The notes below the pieces were generated by a model, which saw nothing but the letters and a program-made list of their open reading frames with translations, ran no database searches and was not told the origin of the DNA. DNA of 13,292 nucleotides. It comes from a bacterium. Lineage in GTDB: Bacteria > RBG-13-61-14 > DATKZS01. This document shows, in pieces, positions 7,902-13,292 of this stretch (its first letter is position 1; each line of letters opens with the position of its first letter). The position numbers were made by a program, and so were the translations under genes. The stretch spans positions 1 to 13,292 of the forward strand of contig JAWOBU010000281.1 of the NCBI GenBank assembly GCA_046484135.1, written 5' to 3'.

Positions 7902-10900
7902 TTTTTTCTTCTTGCTTGCAGACTTCTTGGCCTTTTTGGATGAGGAACCGGCTTTGGCGGTTTTGGACTTGGCCGTGCTCTTCTTAGCCGAGGCTTTGCC
8001 GGAAGAGGGTTTCTTCGCCGGCTTTGTTTTTTTCTGGGTGGTTTTCTTTTCGGGCTTCGCTTTGGTCTTGGTTGTTTTCTTTGCCGGCTGGGTCTTGGTT
8101 TGAGCCGCTTTCTTTGCGGGTTTTGTCTTGGCTTGGGCCGTCTTTTTTGCGGGCTTTGTCTTGCCGGCGGCGGTCTTGGTTTGAGCGGATTTTGCCGCGG
8201 GTTTGGCCTCGGACTTGGAAGCCGACTTCTTTTGGGCCTTGGCGGTCTTCTTCGCTTTTTCCTTGTCTTCCCTTTCCTTCTGATCTTTCTCCGCCTTTTT
8301 GGCTGCGGGCGGGAAGCGCAAGGGCTTGGGCTGTTTCTTTTCTTTGGGTTTCGGTTTCTTTGACTCGGCCGCTTTTTTGATCTTTTCTTTTTTCTTGGCT
8401 TTGCGCGCTTCTTCTCTTTCGCGGTCTATCTCGCGGACCACTGCCTGTGCTCCGGCCATTATGGCCACCGGCAGGCGGTAGGGTGAACAGCTTACGTAGT
8501 CGAGTCCCAACTGGTGGCAGAGGATGACGGACTCGGGGTCGCCCCCGTGTTCGCCGCATATTCCCACTTTCAAGTCGGGACGGACGGCGCGGCCTTTTTC
8601 CGTGCCCATCCTCATCATTTCTCCCACCCCCTCCGGGTCTATGCTCTCAAACGGATCGCGCTTGTAGATTTTCTTTTCGGTGTACTCGGGCAGGAAGGAG
8701 CCGGAGTCGTCCCTGCTCATTCCGAGCACGGTCTGGGTGAGGTCATTGGTCCCGAAGCTGAAGAACTCGGCGGTTTCCGCAATCCTGTCCGCGGCCACCA
8801 CCGCCCGGGGGAGCTCCACCATGGTCCCTATGCTGTACTCGATTTCCACGCCGGCGTCCTCGAGCACCTCCTTTATGATCTGTTCGGAGCGCTCGCGGAT
8901 CATCTGGAACTCCTGCTCGTGTCCGACCAGGGGCACCATGATCTCGGGCTTTACGTCTATCTTGTTTTTCTTTTTTACGGAGACCGCTGCTTCCATGATG
9001 GCCCGGACCTGGAGGTCGTAGATTTCGGGGTAGGTTATGGCTAGCCTGCATCCTCTGTGTCCGAGCATGGGGTTGAACTCGTGTAGCTGGTTCACCTTGT
9101 TCCGGAGCACCGCGGGCTGGACCTTGAATCTCTGTGCCAGCTCTTTTATGTCCTTTTCGGTGCCGGGCAAAAACTCGTGGAGGGGCGGGTCCAGGAGCCT
9201 TATGGTTACGGGCAGTCCGGGCATGGCCTTGAATATCCCAATGAAGTCGTCCTTCTGCATGGGCCGGATTTTTTCCAGTGCCTTCTTTCTCTCCTCCTGG
9301 CTGTCGGCAAGGATCATCCTCCGGACGGCGTCTATCCTGTTTCCCTCGAAAAACATGTGCTCGGTGCGGCAAAGCCCTATGCCCTTGGCGCCGAACTTAA
9401 AGCCGACCTCGGTGTCCGCGGGCGTGTCCGAGTTGCAGCGGACCCCGATTTTCCTGAACTCGTCCGCCCAGGTCAGAATCTTGTGGAAGTCCCGGTAGAC
9501 CTTGGATTTCTCCGGCTTGATCTTCTTTTCAATAAGCACCTGGATGACCTCGGAGGGGAAGGTCTTGAGCTTGCCCAGCAAGACCTCGCCGCTGGTGCCG
9601 TCTATGGACAGCCAGTCGCCTTCCTTGACGGTCTTATTGTCCACCTTCATGAGCTTTTTCTTGTAGTCTATGTTAAGCGCTCCGCAACCGACCACGCAGG
9701 GTTTTCCCATTCCCCTTGCCACCAGGGCGGCGTGGGAGGTCATGCCGCCGCGGGCGGTGAGGATTCCTTCGGCCACCGCCATGCCGTGGATGTCCTCGGG
9801 GCTGGTCTCGAGCCGTACCAGGAGCACGGGCCCGTCCTTGGCCTTCTTTTCGGCGTCGTCCGCGTTAAAGACGACCCTGCCGGTGGCCGCGCCCGGTCCG
9901 GCGTTGAGTCCGGTGGCCAGGAGCTTTTTGCTGTTTATGGCTTTCTTTTTTTCCGATTCGTCGAACACGGGCGCCAGAAGCTGGATCAGGGACTGGGGCT
10001 CGACCCGGCGGACGGCCTCCTCCTGGTCTATCAGCTTTTCGTCGCACATCTCGACCGCCATGCGTACCGCGGCAAAGCCGGTCCTCTTGCCGGTGCGGGT
10101 CTGGAGCATCCAGAGCTTTCCCTGCTGGATGGTGAACTCGATGTCCTGCATGTCCTTGTAGTGTTTCTCGAGCTTCTTGTAGATGCGGACCAGTTGGTTG
10201 TAACAGCCGGGCAGGAACTCTTCCAGCGAGGTTTGCTCGGGCGATTTCTTGTTTTCCTTGTTAATGGGCAGGGGGGTCCTGATACCGGCCACCACGTCCT
10301 CTCCCTGGGCGTTGGGGAGCCATTCGCCGAAGAAGCTGGCGTCCCCGGTAGCGGGGTCGCGGGTAAAGGCCACGCCGGTGGCCGACTTTTCTCCCATGTT
10401 CCCGAAGACCATGGACTGGACGTTGCAGGCGGTTCCCCACTCGTCGGGTATGTTATTAAGCCGCCGGTAGGTCGCGGCGCGGGGGGTGTTCCATGATTTG
10501 AATACGGCTCCGATCCCTCCCCATAACTGGTCGAGCGGCTTTTCCGGGAAGTCGAGCCCGAGTTTTTCGAGCCTTTTCTTGTAAAGCTCGACCAGCTCCT
10601 GGAGGTCTTCCGTACCAAGCTCTAGGTCGTTTTGCACTTTTTTCTTTTTCTTGAAGTCGGTCAGAATTTCTTCCAGCTCTTCGCTCGGAACACCCATGAC
10701 CACGTTGGAGTACATCTGGATAAACCGTCGGTAGGAGTCCCACCCGAACCTGGGGTTCTGGGTGGCCCGGATGATTCCCTCGAGGGTGTTCTCGTTCAGG
10801 CCCACGTTAAGGACGGTGTCCATCATGCCGGGCATGCTCTGGCGGGCGCCGGAACGGACGCTGATCAGCAGGGGGTTGTAGCTGTCCCCGAACCTGGCGT

Positions 10901-11144
10901 CCATCATCTCTTCTACGGTACGGAGGTTCTCCTGGACCTCGTCCTTGAAGCCGGGAGGATACTTCTCCTTTTTCATGTAGTAGGTGCAGACCTCGGTGGT
11001 CGCTGTAAACCCGGGCGGAACCGGGACCCCCAGGTTGCTCATCTCGGCAAGGTTCGCTCCCTTGCCGCCCAACAGCTCCTTCATGTCAGCGGTGCCTTCC
11101 GCCCGTCCGGCTCCAAAGAAGTACACGTATTTCTTTTCTGCCAT
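7899..11144 (-). CDS. ppdK: Pyruvate, phosphate dikinase with a 178-aa Lys/Ala-rich C-terminal extension
   Basis: Start ATG 11144 (GGAGG 7 nt upstream), 1081 aa. LLGGKGANLAEM, SVRSGA..SMPGMMDT, NAQGEDVVAG, LQTRTGKR, phospho-His motif GGMTSHAA (H471), GLCRTEHMFF, NPMLGHRGCR, FSFGTNDLTQ, GICGEHGG, YVSCSPYR. Confidence 0.98.
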   Translation of the reverse strand: MAEKKYVYFFGAGRAEGTADMKELLGGKGANLAEMSNLGVPVPPGFTATTEVCTYYMKKEKYPPGFKDEVQENLRTVEEMMDARFGDSYNPLLISVRSGARQSMPGMMDTVLNVGLNENTLEGIIRATQNPRFGWDSYRRFIQMYSNVVMGVPSEELEEILTDFKKKKKVQNDLELGTEDLQELVELYKKRLEKLGLDFPEKPLDQLWGGIGAVFKSWNTPRAATYRRLNNIPDEWGTACNVQSMVFGNMGEKSATGVAFTRDPATGDASFFGEWLPNAQGEDVVAGIRTPLPINKENKKSPEQTSLEEFLPGCYNQLVRIYKKLEKHYKDMQDIEFTIQQGKLWMLQTRTGKRTGFAAVRMAVEMCDEKLIDQEEAVRRVEPQSLIQLLAPVFDESEKKKAINSKKLLATGLNAGPGAATGRVVFNADDAEKKAKDGPVLLVRLETSPEDIHGMAVAEGILTARGGMTSHAALVARGMGKPCVVGCGALNIDYKKKLMKVDNKTVKEGDWLSIDGTSGEVLLGKLKTFPSEVIQVLIEKKIKPEKSKVYRDFHKILTWADEFRKIGVRCNSDTPADTEVGFKFGAKGIGLCRTEHMFFEGNRIDAVRRMILADSQEERKKALEKIRPMQKDDFIGIFKAMPGLPVTIRLLDPPLHEFLPGTEKDIKELAQRFKVQPAVLRNKVNQLHEFNPMLGHRGCRLAITYPEIYDLQVRAIMEAAVSVKKKNKIDVKPEIMVPLVGHEQEFQMIRERSEQIIKEVLEDAGVEIEYSIGTMVELPRAVVAADRIAETAEFFSFGTNDLTQTVLGMSRDDSGSFLPEYTEKKIYKRDPFESIDPEGVGEMMRMGTEKGRAVRPDLKVGICGEHGGDPESVILCHQLGLDYVSCSPYRLPVAIMAGAQAVVREIDREREEARKAKKKEKIKKAAESKKPKPKEKKQPKPLRFPPAAKKAEKDQKEREDKEKAKKTAKAQKKSASKSEAKPAAKSAQTKTAAGKTKPAKKTAQAKTKPAKKAAQTKTQPAKKTTKTKAKPEKKTTQKKTKPAKKPSSGKASAKKSTAKSKTAKAGSSSKKAKKSASKKKK
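7998..8162 (-). repeat. Five imperfect 33-bp (11-codon) tandem repeats in the ppdK tail
   Basis: KTKPAKKTAQA / KTKPAKKAAQT / KTQPAKKTTKT / KAKPEKKTTQK / KTKPAKKPSSG; e.g. aagacaaagcccgcaaaaaagacggcccaagcc followed by aagacaaaacccgcaaagaaagcggctcaaacc. Confidence 0.9.
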
Positions 11145-11151
11145 TCTCATC

Positions 11152-11156
11152 CCTCC
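11152..11156 (-). promoter_or_regulatory. Shine-Dalgarno for ppdK
   Basis: Minus strand GGAGG, 7 nt before ATG 11144; too close to ATG 11150 for that to be the start. Confidence 0.8.
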
Positions 11157-11183
11157 GTGCTTCGGGTTTCGGATTCCCCTTTT

Positions 11184-13292
11184 TTAAGACTTGGGGCGGG
11201 AGCGGTCGCCTTCCACTACCACCCTGGAAAAGTCCGCCACCCTCTTGAACAGCCCGGCAATCAGGGCGCACAAGGCGTGGCGGTTGCGTCTTATGTTTTC
11301 GTCTTCCACGTTTACCATAACTTCGTCAAAGAAGCGGTCCACCGCGGCCTTGAGCGATGCCATGGTCTCGAGCGCGGCGTCGTAATTCCCTTCGTCCAGA
11401 AACGGCCGGGTCCCTTGTTCCACTTTCTGGAACTCGGCGTAAAGCTCGGACTCGCTTTGTTCCTGAAACAGGCCCGTATCCACCCTGCCGGGCTCGCCTT
11501 CCACGATGTTCATGACGCGGCGGAAAGCTATCATCAGGTCTTCGAAGTCGTTTCTTTGTTTCATGCGGGAGAGCGCCCGGATGCGGTTTCGGGCATCCCG
11601 GACATCGCTGCACCCCGCGGCCACGCAGGCGTCCACCACGTCGTGCGGATGGCCGGCTTCGGTCATCTGGAACCGGAAGCGGGTAATGATAAAGTCCATT
11701 ACTTCGGCGGCGAGCTTTTCCGGCTGTGCTTCCATGCCGGCCGAGATGAGCCGGGCCGCCCGGTGTACGGTGTCCTCCAGGTCCAGGAGAAGGTCCCGCT
11801 CCAGGATGATGTTTATGATCCCCTGGGCCTGCCTGCGGAGGGCGAACGGGTCACCGGCGCCGGTGGGCGCAAGCCCGGCCGCCCAGCAGGCCACCACCGA
11901 GTCTGTCTTGTCGGAGAGGGCCAGCACCATACCGGGCCCGGTGCGGGGAAAGACTGCCCCGCTTATGTCGTCTGCCGAGCGGGGAAGATAATGCTCGCCA
12001 ATGGCCTCGGCCACCTGCCTGCTCTTGCCGGTGGCAAGGGCGTACTCTCTTCCCATGGTCCCTTGCAGCTCGGCGAACTCGCCCACCATTTTGCTTACCA
12101 GGTCGGCCTTGCATAACCGGGCGGCTTCGCGGGCGTGCTGTTCGATGTCCCGGTCGCCGGGAAAAAGCGCGGAAGACAGGTGTTCGCAAAGCGGCATCAG
12201 CCGGTCGGTTTTATCGAGGTAGGAGCCGAGGTTCTTATAAAAGATCATGCCGCCGGTGTCCTGCCGCATCTTTTCCAGGCCGGTTTTTAAGTCTTCCTGC
12301 CAGTAGAACTCGGCGTCCGCCAGCCGGGCGGCAAGTACCCTTTCGTTGCCCCGGCCGATGATCTCTGCGACCTCTTCTCTTTCCGCCAAGGGGTTATTGG
12401 CCACGGTCAAAAAGTAGGGCAGGAGCTCCTTTTCGGTGCCGGGCTTTCTTATGGAGAACGCTTTCTGGTGCATCCGGGTGGCCGCGATGATCACCTCTGC
12501 CGGCAGTTTCAAAAACCTCTCGTCGAACTTTCCGGGCAGTACGGCCGGCCATTCCACCAGGTTGGCGGTCTCTTCCAGCAGGGCGGGGTCGGGAAACACC
12601 TCCCATCCTCGGTCGGCGCAGAGCCTGTCAGCGCCTTTTTCGATCACCTGTTTCCTCAAGACCGGATCGGAGACCACGTCGCTTCGGTCCAGCCTTTCCA
12701 GGTAGTCGGCAATTCCGGTGACCTCGACAGGGCCGGGATGGGTAAAGCGGTGCCCGAAGGTATGGTTGCCCGACTTCAAGCCGTCGAGCCAGAACTCGAT
12801 TATACTTTCTCCGAAGAGCGCCAAAAGCCAGTGGATGGGCCTTACAAAGGCAAGGTCGCCGTTTCCCCACCGCATGGACTTCTGGAACTCGAGCTTTTTG
12901 ACCAGTTCGGGCAGAATGCGGGCGAGTGCCTGCTGGGAGGGCTCACCCGGTATTTCCCTGGTATAAGTCAGTTTTTCTCCCTTGGGGGTCTCTTCTTTAT
13001 CAAGGTCAGAGACCTCGACCCCGCAGGAGCGGGCGAAGCCCACCGCGGCCTTGGCGGGGTTGCCATCACCGTCGAAAGCCTGAGACACCAGTGGTCCGGT
13101 CCTTTTTTCCCGGGCAGACTGCTGGTGTTCCGCCACGTCGTACACTGCGAGCGCCATTCGCCGCGGTGTTCCGTAGGTATTTAGTTCGCCGTGCTTGATG
13201 CGGTTTTTTTCCAGCTCCGCCTGTGCCTTTTCCCGGAGCTGTTTCAGGGCGGGTTCCAGGAAGCGGGCTGGTATCTCCTCGCAGCCTATCTC
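11184..13292 (-). CDS. glyS: Glycine--tRNA ligase beta subunit (5' truncated by window)
   Basis: Frame stays open upstream of the tracked ORF to the window edge: EIGCEEIPARF...YGTPRRMAL. Also KSMRWG, FVRPIHWL, GHRF, GNERVLAARLADAEF, CKADLVSKMVGEFAELQG, EHYLP, DPFALRR, FFDEVMVN. Confidence 0.97.
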   Translation of the reverse strand, partial: EIGCEEIPARFLEPALKQLREKAQAELEKNRIKHGELNTYGTPRRMALAVYDVAEHQQSAREKRTGPLVSQAFDGDGNPAKAAVGFARSCGVEVSDLDKEETPKGEKLTYTREIPGEPSQQALARILPELVKKLEFQKSMRWGNGDLAFVRPIHWLLALFGESIIEFWLDGLKSGNHTFGHRFTHPGPVEVTGIADYLERLDRSDVVSDPVLRKQVIEKGADRLCADRGWEVFPDPALLEETANLVEWPAVLPGKFDERFLKLPAEVIIAATRMHQKAFSIRKPGTEKELLPYFLTVANNPLAEREEVAEIIGRGNERVLAARLADAEFYWQEDLKTGLEKMRQDTGGMIFYKNLGSYLDKTDRLMPLCEHLSSALFPGDRDIEQHAREAARLCKADLVSKMVGEFAELQGTMGREYALATGKSRQVAEAIGEHYLPRSADDISGAVFPRTGPGMVLALSDKTDSVVACWAAGLAPTGAGDPFALRRQAQGIINIILERDLLLDLEDTVHRAARLISAGMEAQPEKLAAEVMDFIITRFRFQMTEAGHPHDVVDACVAAGCSDVRDARNRIRALSRMKQRNDFEDLMIAFRRVMNIVEGEPGRVDTGLFQEQSESELYAEFQKVEQGTRPFLDEGNYDAALETMASLKAAVDRFFDEVMVNVEDENIRRNRHALCALIAGLFKRVADFSRVVVEGDRSRPKS

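Noticed and set aside
8142..8148. In-frame A-AAA-AAG slippery heptamer in the ppdK tail with an open -1 frame to 7984
   Set aside because: Expected by chance in Lys-rich sequence; no upstream internal SD and only a 3-bp downstream stem.
7998..8162. 33-bp periodicity as a CRISPR array
   Set aside because: Units are contiguous with no spacers, in frame within a CDS, and there are no cas genes.
7902..8321. PPDK tail as a separate H1-like gene
   Set aside because: No in-frame stop before it and no in-frame ATG within it; the TTG at 8321 has no SD.
11161..11186. Plus-strand hairpin and T-tract between ppdK and glyS
   Set aside because: Weak, mismatched stem, on the opposite strand to the flanking genes.
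9177..12116. Long + strand ORFs (439 aa and 494 aa) and other antisense ORFs across the window
   Set aside because: Shadow frames of well-supported genes, expected with high GC3; no recognisable motifs.

Overview
High-GC, densely coding bacterial core-genome window with two convergent blocks. The + strand carries the distal dcw cluster: murG (3' end only), murC, murB, ddl, ftsQ, ftsA, ftsZ; three junctions are ATGA overlaps. The - strand carries glyS (glycyl-tRNA synthetase beta subunit, start just beyond the window), ppdK (pyruvate,phosphate dikinase), an intrinsic terminator, and a class I SAM methyltransferase whose stop lies 7 bp from the ftsZ stop. Gene order suggests a deltaproteobacterial-type lineage (inference only). 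I saw no RNA genes, mobile elements or CRISPR arrays. The standout is PPDK: an intact ~903-aa enzyme continues in frame into a 178-aa histone H1-like tail (64 Lys, net charge about +54) containing five 11-aa repeats. Secondary oddities are a candidate extended -10 promoter that would fire from inside the ppdK terminator, an FtsZ with an apparent 4-aa deletion at the T3 loop, and a long acid-free basic N-terminus on FtsQ. All family calls come from motif recognition, not database searches.
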